Of a DNA stretch of 36,797 bases, positions 26,974 to 36,662 are shown piece after piece. The stretch lies in sequence record SRR31156797_2086; one strand, written 5' to 3'. A program made the position numbers and the translations under genes. The notes below the pieces were generated by a model, which was given only the letters and a program-made list of their open reading frames with translations, was not told the DNA's origin and did no database searches. Each line of letters starts with the position of its first letter. The first letter of the stretch is position 1.

Positions 26974-27720
26974 TTAATGGTGTATTAAAGCTGAAACAAC
27001 AATAAAAGTTCCTGTAACGATATTAATTCCGATAACCATTTTACGGAATTTTTCTGGCTCTATTTTTCCTGAAAATTTAGATCCTAAATGTGATCCGAAA
27101 AACAGAATTGGTAAGCAAAATAATGCCAGGTTTACCGATTCTGATTCTATCATTCCATTCATGATAAAAGCAGCTGTAGTAAAGAAAGAAGAAAAAGTGC
27201 TGAACCATGCAAATACACCTCTAAAAGTATTTTTTGAGTAACCTTTTCTGTTCATTGCAATAACCAAAGGAGGTCCACCTACTGAAATACAGCTATTTAG
27301 TATTCCGCTAACAAAGCCTGCAAATACGATTGGTAATTTTAAAAAGTGCTTAGCCAAACGTTCTTTCCCAAGCATTCTTAAGGAGAAAAGTACTACCAAT
27401 ATGCCAGTTAATAATCTCAGATTATCACTGCTCATGTATTCCAATGCATAAATTCCAAGTGGAATACCACCTAAACTTGCAATAAACATTGGAATGAATA
27501 ACTTGGCTTTTATCTTTTCCTGAAGTTTGAAAAGTATGACCAGACTAGTTATCAGATTGAATAAGCTCATTGCAGGTACCAACACCTGCATAGGAAAAAT
27601 CAAAGATAAAAAGGGCACAGCTAGAAGTGCAAATCCGAAACCAGTCATTCCTTTTATGAATGCTGCCGACAGAATTACAATGCCGCAAAGTACAATTTGT
27701 ATCAGACTAATATCATGCAT
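26974..27720 (-). CDS. Sulfite exporter TauE/SafE family membrane protein
   Basis: GMTGFGFAL..VP, GIPLG, SVGGPP, GSHLG; 8 TM pattern. Confidence 0.88.
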   Translation of the reverse strand: MHDISLIQIVLCGIVILSAAFIKGMTGFGFALLAVPFLSLIFPMQVLVPAMSLFNLITSLVILFKLQEKIKAKLFIPMFIASLGGIPLGIYALEYMSSDNLRLLTGILVVLFSLRMLGKERLAKHFLKLPIVFAGFVSGILNSCISVGGPPLVIAMNRKGYSKNTFRGVFAWFSTFSSFFTTAAFIMNGMIESESVNLALFCLPILFFGSHLGSKFSGKIEPEKFRKMVIGINIVTGTFIVVSALIHH

Positions 27721-27822
27721 TAGGCAAACTTACTTTAATTGAGGATTTAGAATGAGACAAAGTTATTTGAATCACGTTAAAATTCAGTGTTAAATTTGCT
27801 TAAAAATGGTGGTGTAAAGATG

Positions 27823-28428
27823 TTATAAAGCTTCTTTCAGAAAAGGAAATAGTGAATGAATTTGGATGGCAACATTACTCATGAAAAGCTTAACAGATAT
27901 GGCTAAAAGAATAATTCCAAAAACTTTTCTCAGGATATGAATTCCACTATCTCCAAGAAATTTTTCAACAAGGCTGGTTGATTTTAATACAAGATACACA
28001 ACCGCCAAATTTAAAACTAAGGCTATTATAATATTCTCGACCGCATATTCTGCACGAAGTGCAACCACAGTTGTAAAAGATCCTGCCCCAGCAACTAAAG
28101 GAAATGCAATAGGCACAATAGAAACTCCACTAGGACCATCGTATTTAATGATTTCGATTCCTAATGCCATTTCAACCCCCATGATAAAAAGGATGAAGGA
28201 ACCCGCAATGGCAAAGCTCGAAATATCTACACCAAAAAGACCCAATAATTTTTCTCCAAGAAAAGTAAATATGATTAGAACAGTCAATGCAACTAAGGTT
28301 GCTTTTAAAGCTTCAATTTGACCTCCCTTTTTCTTTAAATCCAAAATAATTGGGATAGATCCAATAATATCAATTACAGCAAAAAGAACCATAAAGGCAG
28401 AAACAATCTCAAGAAAATTTAGATTCAT
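27823..28428 (-). CDS. MarC family membrane protein
   Basis: LFAVIDIIGSIP, SFAIAG, VPIAFPLVAGAG, FGIILLAISV. Confidence 0.9.
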   Translation of the reverse strand: MNLNFLEIVSAFMVLFAVIDIIGSIPIILDLKKKGGQIEALKATLVALTVLIIFTFLGEKLLGLFGVDISSFAIAGSFILFIMGVEMALGIEIIKYDGPSGVSIVPIAFPLVAGAGSFTTVVALRAEYAVENIIIALVLNLAVVYLVLKSTSLVEKFLGDSGIHILRKVFGIILLAISVKLFMSNVAIQIHSLFPFLKEAL

Positions 28429-28674
28429 AGTATATTTTTTAAGAGGTTTTTAGCTTAGATTTACTTGTAAACTTACAATATTTTCTGTTGCTCAATAACT
28501 TAAAAGAAATGATTTTAAAAAGTATTGAGCAATTAAATGAATGAATTTTCACAAATTAGAAATAATTGTTAAGAATTCAACAACAATTTCCCGCATGTGT
28601 TAAAAATTTAATTCTGCGCGAAGATATATTTTTAGATTGAAAATTGAAAATGAATTTCCTGAAGTTTAGCGAAT

Positions 28675-28704
28675 AAAAAAGAGCTTCACCTTGATGAAAC
28701 TCTT
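28675..28704 (-). terminator. Intrinsic terminator after msrB
   Basis: AAAAAAGAGCTTCA-CCTTGA-TGAAACTCTT; T-run on minus strand. Confidence 0.65.
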
Positions 28705-28727
28705 ACATGTTATAAATGAATGCTTTT

Positions 28728-29183
28728 TTAATTCTTTTTAAGCTCATTTTCTGGAACAAAATTTAAGGAAATGCTGTTTACACAATGTCTGGTATTTTTT
28801 TTGGTAAATCCTTCTCCGATAAAGACATGACCTAAGTGTCCATCGCAATTGCTACAAACAATTTCAGTTCTTCTTCCATCGGCATCTAATATTTTGGTCA
28901 CCGCTCCTTCAATTTCATCATCAAAACTTGGCCAACCACAATGTGAATCAAACTTGTCATCCGATTTATATAAGGCAGCGTTGCATTGCTTGCATGTGTA
29001 AATGCCAGCTTGCTTGTTCTTTAAATGCTTTCCTGTACCCGGATATTCGGTACCCTTATCTATTATTACCCTTTTTTCGGCTTCGGATAATTTATTGTAA
29101 TTCTCTTTGTTCATTGCTTTCTGCGCTATTAGGTTAGTACTAATAAAAAGTACAATTCCTGTTAAAATTAATATTTTTCTCAT
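28728..29183 (-). CDS. msrB: Methionine-R-sulfoxide reductase B with signal peptide
   Basis: KGTE, CKQC/CSNC zinc motifs, CGWPSF, HLGHVF, RHCVNS; N-terminal Sec-type signal. Confidence 0.93.
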   Translation of the reverse strand: MRKILILTGIVLFISTNLIAQKAMNKENYNKLSEAEKRVIIDKGTEYPGTGKHLKNKQAGIYTCKQCNAALYKSDDKFDSHCGWPSFDDEIEGAVTKILDADGRRTEIVCSNCDGHLGHVFIGEGFTKKNTRHCVNSISLNFVPENELKKN

Positions 29184-29231
29184 AATCAAGTCGTTATTTT
29201 GTATTTGTTTCCTTGGTGCCTATCTTTCTGA

Positions 29232-30107
29232 TTATTCATTGTTATAAGAAGAGTTAAGCTTGTTTATGGTTTGTATGATAATTTCAGGATTTGACCAAGG
29301 AACAAAATGAGTTAAATCATCTAGTAAGCTAAAATCTATATTTTGATGATGAGATTTGTAATAATCCAAGGTTTGATAAGGTACTAAAATGTCTTTTTTA
29401 CCTTGAATGTATGTAGTTGGTACTATTATATCTTTAAGTTTACTTTCATTCTTTTCCAAGCATTCCGATAAGGCCATCATTTCCAAATTACTTGTTCTAA
29501 GTTCATGTGGCATTATTTTATTTGGCAATCCTCCCGATATGAGTAGGTTGTACCACTTTGCTTTTTGATGCTTAGGCGAAAGACATGGTGCAACATAAAT
29601 GGCATGTTTTATTTTCTTAGAATAATTGAGAATGGTTTGTTCCAGAACAGCTCCTCCATATGAGTGTCCTAATACAATAAACTTCTCATTATTTGTTTGG
29701 AAATGTTGCATTACTGCATCTACAATTTCAGCCTGATTGTTCAAATTTGCTTGTGAAGGAACACTTGTTTTACCATAACCAGGTCGGTCGAAAGTAATTA
29801 AACAGAACTTTTCAAGGAGAGTAGAGTCTGTAATGATGTTTTTAAAATCGAACCAGTAACCTGGTGATCCATGAATAAACAGAACTTTTTGATTGTTTAA
29901 ATTGCCAGTATAGTTTGTGTGGATGGTAAACTTTTCAAAAGGAATGTCCTTAGATTTTGGGAAAACATTTTTAGCCTGTATTTCAGTTAATACAGTTTGA
30001 TGATCAAAAGAAGATCTGATTTTAAATACTAAAAAGAATGCGAGGAGAACAACCAGTAGAATGGTTGTACTAAATATCAATACGAATTTCTTAATCTTTC
30101 TCTTCAT
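29232..30107 (-). CDS. Membrane-anchored alpha/beta hydrolase
   Basis: HGSPG, DRPGYG, GHSYGG, QGKKDILVP, HFVPW. Confidence 0.9.
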   Translation of the reverse strand: MKRKIKKFVLIFSTTILLVVLLAFFLVFKIRSSFDHQTVLTEIQAKNVFPKSKDIPFEKFTIHTNYTGNLNNQKVLFIHGSPGYWFDFKNIITDSTLLEKFCLITFDRPGYGKTSVPSQANLNNQAEIVDAVMQHFQTNNEKFIVLGHSYGGAVLEQTILNYSKKIKHAIYVAPCLSPKHQKAKWYNLLISGGLPNKIMPHELRTSNLEMMALSECLEKNESKLKDIIVPTTYIQGKKDILVPYQTLDYYKSHHQNIDFSLLDDLTHFVPWSNPEIIIQTINKLNSSYNNE

Positions 30108-30247
30108 TTCCCCTCCATTTGCATATTATTTAGACAAGTATTGTAATAAAATACTTTTTTGTCTGAAATACAAGAGGCAAAATGTTATTAATTCTTAAAA
30201 TATCAATACTCAATAATATTTATAGAGTAAGGATGCCATAAAGCTTC

Positions 30248-30625
30248 TTAAAGAGTGAGGTGTTTATTAATCAATTTTACTAAGGTGTCCTTTTTAACTG
30301 GCTTTGCAACATAGTCGTCGCAACCATTTTCCAATGATTTTTTCTTATCTCCAAGCAATGCAAAAGCTGTTTGGGCGATAATAGGTAAATTTGGTCGAAT
30401 TTTTTTAATGGCTTGAGTTGCTTCATAGCCATTCATTAGTGGCATTTTTATGTCCATTAAAACTAAATCAATGGAGGCATTTTTCTTGCAAATTTCAACA
30501 GCTTCAATACCATTTTTTGCAATTACAACTTTACAATTAATCTGATTAAGCAATTCCTCGAAATAGATGCGATTGAACTCTTCATCTTCAACGATTAATA
30601 TTGTTTTTTGACCTGATTTACTCAT
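30248..30625 (-). CDS. Stand-alone response regulator receiver domain
   Basis: VEDE, LMDIKMP (phospho-Asp), AQTA, KPV; minus-strand TATTTTTG box just upstream. Confidence 0.92.
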   Translation of the reverse strand: MSKSGQKTILIVEDEEFNRIYFEELLNQINCKVVIAKNGIEAVEICKKNASIDLVLMDIKMPLMNGYEATQAIKKIRPNLPIIAQTAFALLGDKKKSLENGCDDYVAKPVKKDTLVKLINKHLTL

Positions 30626-30841
30626 AATTGGCGTTCTTTAGTATACCAAAAATAGCTTTTCTGAACGATGAAAAGAAATAAATTTAGATTTTTCGGGAAA
30701 TATTTTAACAGTTTTTATTTTTATGTCGTAAAGTGATCAAATTATCTGATAAAGTAATTTTTTTGTAAAAAACACTTTATCTAAACAATACAAAGCTTTT
30801 GTAGTTAATGAAATGGAGAATTTAATTTACCGATTGTAATT

Positions 30842-31459
30842 TTACTGACATAGTAATTCTTCTAGTCGGTTCGAAAAAGTACTCACATGATATCCATCAA
30901 GCAGGGAATGGTGAACCTCTACACTCAAAGGCATATAAAATTCGCCATTTTGCTCAAATACTTTACCGAATACAATTTTGGGAACCGAATTTGATTCTTG
31001 ATTTGTTACCGGATGTTGAATGCTGGTAAAACTTCGCCAGGGTATTACCGAAACATAAATTAAATCTACGTCTGTATTAGAAACCAATTCGTCTGAGTTT
31101 TTTGCATCCTGAATGGCTTTGTGAGTTTCGTTTTTAAATTGCTCAAAATCCTCATGATATCTGAAATAACAAAAACTAAAGGTGTGATCATCCTTAAATA
31201 TAGTACTTGTTCCGTTTATAATTGGAAATTCGAATACTTCATCATCAATAATCCTGGTTTTGAATTGCGTAATTTCGTTTATAGCTTTTAATGCTTTGTG
31301 CATATATGTAATGAAAAACGAATTGCCCTCTTCTTTTGATTTAAGATAGGATGCGGTGCATTTTATATTGGAACAGATATTAAAATATGGGTTTTTATAA
31401 TCTTTAAAAAAGTCATATTGTGCTTTTCTTTTCCAGTTAGATAAATCTATTTTTTTCAT
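30842..31459 (-). CDS. Chloramphenicol acetyltransferase (CatA)-like O-acetyltransferase
   Basis: IDLSNWKRK...FF, SVIPW..FTS, P.IVFGK, MPLSVEVHHSLLDGYH (catalytic His motif). Confidence 0.88.
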   Translation of the reverse strand: MKKIDLSNWKRKAQYDFFKDYKNPYFNICSNIKCTASYLKSKEEGNSFFITYMHKALKAINEITQFKTRIIDDEVFEFPIINGTSTIFKDDHTFSFCYFRYHEDFEQFKNETHKAIQDAKNSDELVSNTDVDLIYVSVIPWRSFTSIQHPVTNQESNSVPKIVFGKVFEQNGEFYMPLSVEVHHSLLDGYHVSTFSNRLEELLCQ

Positions 31460-32100
31460 TAAAAGTGTTTTTTAATTCCAGAGTTTAAAATCTCAGGGTT
31501 TAAAATTTGAACTTGAGTTTTGTTTAGTGAAATCGCTTTATCGGAGCTTAGTTGCTTTAAAATTCGATTTATACTTCTAATATTTGTTCCAATATAATTC
31601 GCTAAATCCTCTTTGTTAATGCTAAATGCTTTGGTTTCAAAATTGTTCGAAGATTCTATGATGTATTTTATTACATGATATTCCAGAGGGAAATAATTAT
31701 TATCCACCATCCTGTACGATGACTTCATTAGTTTGGTGCATAAATCTTGATTCACTTTGGTAGCAAAATCGAAATCCGATTTTAGCCAGCGTTTGAATGT
31801 GTCTTTATCGATCTTAATAAACTTACAAGTGCTAACACATTGAACCGAGTTGAAGAAAACGTCGTTATTGGGTATTTCCAAATCGCCATAGAGCTGAGAT
31901 TGATCGAAAATACCAAAAAGGAAATGTTGCCCAATTGAGGTTGTATGAAAAACTTTTACTTTACCTTCTAATAATATATAACAATAATATGGTAACTCTC
32001 CTTGTCGGATAACGAACTCACCATTGGTTAATTCGATCGTTTTAACCTTGCCTTTTAGTATGCCTGATTCATTTTTTGCAACAAGCTCTGCGTAATTCAT
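31459..32100 (-). CDS. Crp/Fnr family transcriptional regulator (YeiL-like)
   Basis: cNMP-binding barrel (RQGE, LLEGKVKV, YGDLE); HTH EDLANYIGTNIRSINRILKQL; TAATG overlap with the CAT-like gene. Confidence 0.9.
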   Translation of the reverse strand: MNYAELVAKNESGILKGKVKTIELTNGEFVIRQGELPYYCYILLEGKVKVFHTTSIGQHFLFGIFDQSQLYGDLEIPNNDVFFNSVQCVSTCKFIKIDKDTFKRWLKSDFDFATKVNQDLCTKLMKSSYRMVDNNYFPLEYHVIKYIIESSNNFETKAFSINKEDLANYIGTNIRSINRILKQLSSDKAISLNKTQVQILNPEILNSGIKKHF

Positions 32101-32152
32101 TTGTATGATTTATTTGAGTTGTAAAATAACACATGAATTTACAAAGAAACAG

Positions 32153-32164
32153 GGACAATTGTCC
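32153..32164. promoter_or_regulatory. Perfect palindromic operator, probably for the adjacent Crp/Fnr regulator
   Basis: GGACAATTGTCC in an otherwise very AT-rich divergent intergenic region. Confidence 0.6.
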
Positions 32165-32298
32165 TTAGATACTTTTTTGTCATTAAATTCATAATTATAA
32201 ATAGTTGATAAATTACAATACAGATATTATAAGAAATAGGAAAGTGATTGGAATTTAATTATCTTAGAAATAGAAAACATAAATTAAATATTAGAATT

Positions 32299-32529
32299 AT
32301 GACAGAAGGAACAGATTTAACTTGCGTTTTTGTTGGCTCGCTTATCGATGTAAAATATTATAAAGATAGATTGGATGAGATTGGAATAGCATCTCTATGG
32401 AAAGATGAGTTTCAATCTGGAACAATAGTAGGAATGGGAGGAACTCCCGATAGTGTTGAACTTTTGGTTGCTGAAAGTGATGCAGAATCAGCTAGAAAAT
32501 GTATTGCGAATTTGCAAAGTCAGGAATAA
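32299..32529 (+). CDS. DUF2007 (PII-like putative signal transducing) protein
   Basis: VFVGS......K..L...GI.S..KD...VELLV.E.D...A pattern; ATG 32299. Confidence 0.75.
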   Translation: MTEGTDLTCVFVGSLIDVKYYKDRLDEIGIASLWKDEFQSGTIVGMGGTPDSVELLVAESDAESARKCIANLQSQE

Positions 32530-32553
32530 AGAAAGCAATTATTCAAATTGATA

Positions 32554-33321
32554 ATGAAAAAGATATTCATAATAGTTCTTGTTCTACTTATTTGTGGACA
32601 GATAAGCGGACAAGAAAAAACGAAAATATCAACTGACAGACCAAGTCAGTCGGAATCTACTGTTGTAATTCCTGTAAAGAAATTGCAATTGGAAACTGGA
32701 TTTGCTTTTGAGAAAGTGAATGATCGTGTACACAATACCACCTATAATTCCTCGGTATTTAGATATGGATTAGTAGAGAATGTAGAACTTCGATTAGGAT
32801 TACAATATCTGGGAACTGAAATTTCATTGGATGGCGCAGATATTGATGAAAATGGTTTTGGTCCCATTACTATTGGAGGGAAGTTTTTCTTAAAGGAAGA
32901 GAGTGAAACAATGCCGGCTTTGGCATTTTTAACCACCTTATTTATTCCTAATTCAGGTAGTAGTGCTTTCGAGAATAATAACTTAGGTGCTGATTTTAGA
33001 TTGAATGCAGATTATTCTTTAAACGAGGGCATGGCTCTGGGAGCTAATCTTGGAGTGATATGGAGTGGAAAAGAGAATGAAGATTACGCTATTGGTTTTT
33101 ATTCAACAGTTATTGATATCAGTTTGAATGAAAAATTGAATGTATTCGCGGAATTGTATGGTTATTTACCTGGAGAAGGAAAAAATGATCACAGATGGAA
33201 TGGAGGTTTAACCTATGCAGTAAATGCTGATTTACAGTTAGATTTCTCAACTGGACTTGGATTAAGTGAGGTTTCTCCGGATTTTTTTATTAGCTTAGGG
33301 TTATCGATAAGAATGCCTTAA
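32554..33321 (+). CDS. Outer-membrane beta-barrel 'transporter' (Phenol_MetA_deg-like)
   Basis: Signal peptide; ISTDRP..SES, LQLETG, RYG...VELR, LQLDFS.G.GL, C-terminal GLSIR. Confidence 0.8.
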   Translation: MKKIFIIVLVLLICGQISGQEKTKISTDRPSQSESTVVIPVKKLQLETGFAFEKVNDRVHNTTYNSSVFRYGLVENVELRLGLQYLGTEISLDGADIDENGFGPITIGGKFFLKEESETMPALAFLTTLFIPNSGSSAFENNNLGADFRLNADYSLNEGMALGANLGVIWSGKENEDYAIGFYSTVIDISLNEKLNVFAELYGYLPGEGKNDHRWNGGLTYAVNADLQLDFSTGLGLSEVSPDFFISLGLSIRMP

Positions 33322-33350
33322 CAGGCAGTTCATTACATCAATTCAAAATG

Positions 33351-33386
33351 AGCTTGATCAGTAGTGGTGCTGATCAAGCTTTTTTT
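33351..33386 (+). terminator. Intrinsic terminator between convergent genes
   Basis: AGCTTGATCAG-TAGTGGTG-CTGATCAAGCT-TTTTTT, 11-bp perfect stem. Confidence 0.85.
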
Positions 33387-33390
33387 ATTC

Positions 33391-33693
33391 TTATTCTGGT
33401 AAAATTCTCGAAATTAAAAACTTTGAATCTTCAATTGCTTTTAAACCGTGCATTTGATCTTTGTTAAAACTAAAAAAATCGTCTGCTTTAACCGTAAACG
33501 TTTCTCCTTCAATATCAAAGATAAGCTCACCTGAGATAAGATATAAACAAGCATTTGCGGGCGCTGGTTGAGCAGGTACTTCCATTCCTTTTTCAAGCGT
33601 AACAATTAAACTTTCAAACTTTTCGTTGGAGTAGATTTGTTCTTTCTGAATTTTAGAAACATTCAGTTTATCGGATAGGTTTTTTAGTAACAT
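33391..33693 (-). CDS. Cupin domain protein
   Basis: LEKGMEVP..PAPANA.LYLISGEL.F...H.LKA.EDS; start MLLKN at 33693. Confidence 0.75.
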   Translation of the reverse strand: MLLKNLSDKLNVSKIQKEQIYSNEKFESLIVTLEKGMEVPAQPAPANACLYLISGELIFDIEGETFTVKADDFFSFNKDQMHGLKAIEDSKFLISRILPE

Positions 33694-33775
33694 GCTTAGA
33701 GTGTTTAGTTTTATAGGTGTAAAATAATTAAATTCCGAAGATAAAGTAGCTGTATCATTCAAACAAAAAATATCG

Positions 33776-34237
33776 ATGCGAAATTCAAAACGATTTAATG
33801 TAAGTGTGATTGTTCTAATATCTTTAACCGTAATGTCTTGTAATATGAATGTGAGTAATAAAAACAGTAAACAGCAATTAAAAGATACAGATGTAGAGTT
33901 TTCTAATTATTGCTTAAAGCATGGAATGAAAAAGGCATTTTACCAGTATGCAGCGGATAATGCTGTGATGCTGCGTGAGAATTCTTATCCAATTGTTGGG
34001 CGGGAAAATATCAGGGATTTGTTTGCGGAAAGAAATGAGAATTCTTTTGAATTTAGCTGGCAACCCATTGATGCGGATGTTGCAAATTCCGGAGAATTAG
34101 GGTACACTTATGGAACTTATAAAATTAAAACTGCGGATACTTTACTAGAAGGAACCTATGTTTCGATTTGGAAGCAGAATGCTAAAGGGGAATGGAAATA
34201 TGTTTTAGATTCTGGCAATGAGGGACTCGGCAAATAG
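33776..34237 (+). CDS. DUF4440/YybH NTF2-like lipoprotein
   Basis: Lipobox VMS-C; AF..YAADNAV, W.P..ADVANSGELGYTYG, G.YVSIWKQ..G.WK.VLD.G. Confidence 0.85.
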   Translation: MRNSKRFNVSVIVLISLTVMSCNMNVSNKNSKQQLKDTDVEFSNYCLKHGMKKAFYQYAADNAVMLRENSYPIVGRENIRDLFAERNENSFEFSWQPIDADVANSGELGYTYGTYKIKTADTLLEGTYVSIWKQNAKGEWKYVLDSGNEGLGK

Positions 34238-34327
34238 TTCGATGTATTGTTTATTAAACCATTCTAATAAGTCCAACTATTTCTATATTTTCGCGTACAG
34301 TACAATAGTCTTTTATTTTATCAGCGA

Positions 34328-35734
34328 ATGAAGAATCGATTTCAATTTATTTTATCGTTTAGTGTTTTTGTTATTTTGTTCTTAGGCTTCTTCTTTTACT
34401 TTGTTTGGGTAGAGAATATCGTTTATAACAATTTGACCAAACAAGCTTTGGATGATAATTTAACCATTGGTGAATCGGTATTCGACATGTTTGAAAAGGC
34501 TGATGTTCCTGTCGAAAATAAAGAAGAGTTCTTGCAATTGGTACAAGAGACTTGCGATGTGTTAAAATTGCCCAACGAGGGATACATTTGCTTGGTTGAT
34601 TCGGTAGGAAATCTTCTGGCTGCACCAGGTCTTAAGGCAGATAAGAAAGTAAATATTGCTTCCGCATCGTTTCGTTCACTTAATCGAGATGAATCTTTTT
34701 CCTTTACTGATTTTTATGAATCTAAACCCTTTACTGGTTATTATGAGTATGAACAATACGATTATTCAGATATTGTTGTTGCCATGAATTATGATATGAT
34801 GGGCTATAAAATGCTGGTGCATCAAAGTGCTAAGATGATTAGAGGGCATGCTCGTGAAAAATCGTTGCCATTACTTTGGGGTGGAATTGTATTAACTGTC
34901 TTTCTTTCTGTTTTATCTTATTTTGTGACTCATTATCAGGTGAAGAAATATCAATTTAGGATAAGTGCTCAGCATGCACAATTGGCAAAAGTGAATAATG
35001 AGATCAAGGAAAAGAATCAAACTCTGAGAGGGAAGAATATGATACTACAGGATCTTGCCTCAGAAAAAGATGCGCTTTTAGGTATCATGGCGCATGATTT
35101 GCGAAATCCGATAGGAGGTATAGAAAGTGTAATTAATCTGGTTAGTCTTGCTGGAGAGTTGAATTCTGAACAAAAGGAATATTTCTCTTTGTTAAAATCG
35201 CAGGTTAATTCTGCACAGGACTTAATTGCTGATGTTCTGGAGATGAATAAACTTGAGAACGATAAAGCGGAATTGAAAAAGGAGAGAATTGATCTGGTTC
35301 ATTTTTTAGATCAAAAAATAAAGGATTTTGCTCCTTTGGCAAATAAGAAAGAGATTGAAATTGTTGCAGATTATAATGTTTCTGAGAACGATATAGAAAC
35401 AGGAACCAATGAATTGAATCGAATAGTTGATAATTTACTATCGAACTCGATAAAGTACAGTCCTATTGGTGCTCAGGTAACTGTGGGCTTAAAATCCGAA
35501 AAGAATAATTTGATCATGAGTTTTATCGATAAGGGAAAAGGCATTAAGGAAAAGGAAATGCCCATGCTCTTTAAAAAGTTTACCAAATTAAGTTCGCGCC
35601 CAACCAATGAAGAATCATCGTGCGGATTGGGCTTATACATTGTAAAATTATTGTCGCAAAAGATTGGCGCCAAAGTAAAAGTAGAAAGTGTGTATGAAAA
35701 GGGAAGTACCTTTTCGGTAATTGTTCCTCTTTAA
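34328..35734 (+). CDS. Membrane sensor histidine kinase with Cache-like periplasmic domain
   Basis: Two TMs; GYICLVDSVGNLLAAP; AHDLRNP (H box), NLLSNSIKYS, DKGKGI, GLGLYIV. Confidence 0.92.
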   Translation: MKNRFQFILSFSVFVILFLGFFFYFVWVENIVYNNLTKQALDDNLTIGESVFDMFEKADVPVENKEEFLQLVQETCDVLKLPNEGYICLVDSVGNLLAAPGLKADKKVNIASASFRSLNRDESFSFTDFYESKPFTGYYEYEQYDYSDIVVAMNYDMMGYKMLVHQSAKMIRGHAREKSLPLLWGGIVLTVFLSVLSYFVTHYQVKKYQFRISAQHAQLAKVNNEIKEKNQTLRGKNMILQDLASEKDALLGIMAHDLRNPIGGIESVINLVSLAGELNSEQKEYFSLLKSQVNSAQDLIADVLEMNKLENDKAELKKERIDLVHFLDQKIKDFAPLANKKEIEIVADYNVSENDIETGTNELNRIVDNLLSNSIKYSPIGAQVTVGLKSEKNNLIMSFIDKGKGIKEKEMPMLFKKFTKLSSRPTNEESSCGLGLYIVKLLSQKIGAKVKVESVYEKGSTFSVIVPL

Positions 35735-36627
35735 TTCGATTTGATTTTCTTTCGTGTATTTCGAATCATCGATGTGGTGTACAAAGCAAGTGCGAACCAT
35801 ATCAATGCGAAAGCAATAATTTGTTCTTTTCTAAATTCTTCTTTGTAGATAACTACTCCTATCAATAGCATTAAAGTTGGACCTATGTATTGCATGAATC
35901 CAACCGCAGATAAAGGAATACGTTGAGCACCTTTTGCAAACCAATACAATGGCAATGTGGTTACCACTCCGGTAAGCATTAAGTACAAATCGGTAGAGTA
36001 AGAACCTACAAATAGAGCTCCGGTGCTGTCAATTAACTTGTAGGCGATAAATATGGCTGCGAAAGGGGTTAAAATTAAGGTTTCGACTGTTAAGGCGGGA
36101 ATTGCTTCTATGCCGGCGGTTTTCTTTACCAATCCGTACAATCCGAATGAGCAAGCCAATATAATTGATATCCAAGGAAATTGTCCGTAATCGATGGTTA
36201 GGTAGATTACTGCTGATGTAGCTATTAATAGGGCAGTGAGTTTTAATTTGTCTAATTTTTCGTTTAATACTATCATGCCCAGTAAAACATTTACAATGGG
36301 ATTGATATAGTATCCTAAACTGGCTTCAACTATTTGATTGCTGTTAACGGCATAAATAAACAATCCCCAATTGCCACCTATCAGAATTGAGGATAGCAAG
36401 AGGCTGTTGCGAGTTTTTTTCTGAGATAAAAGTTCACGAAGGTTTTTTTGTCGTTTCCAAAGAATAAGAATTGCCAAAAACACGAAAGACCAAAAAATAC
36501 GATGTGCCAAAACTTCGATTGCCGGAACATGACTTAAGAGTTTCCAGAATAAAGGAAGTATACCCCAGGCAAAAAAGGCTTGAAGAGCGTAAATGTATCC
36601 TATGGTGTTGTTCTTGCTGTTTTCCAT
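35731..36627 (-). CDS. rarD: EamA/DMT family transporter RarD
   Basis: WGILPLFWK, EVLAHRIFWS, EASLGYYINP, SFGLYGLVKK, GFMQYIGPT. Confidence 0.93.
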   Translation of the reverse strand: MENSKNNTIGYIYALQAFFAWGILPLFWKLLSHVPAIEVLAHRIFWSFVFLAILILWKRQKNLRELLSQKKTRNSLLLSSILIGGNWGLFIYAVNSNQIVEASLGYYINPIVNVLLGMIVLNEKLDKLKLTALLIATSAVIYLTIDYGQFPWISIILACSFGLYGLVKKTAGIEAIPALTVETLILTPFAAIFIAYKLIDSTGALFVGSYSTDLYLMLTGVVTTLPLYWFAKGAQRIPLSAVGFMQYIGPTLMLLIGVVIYKEEFRKEQIIAFALIWFALALYTTSMIRNTRKKIKSN

Positions 36628-36662
36628 TATGGCTGTGCTTTAAGCTGATTGGTTGAGTGGCG

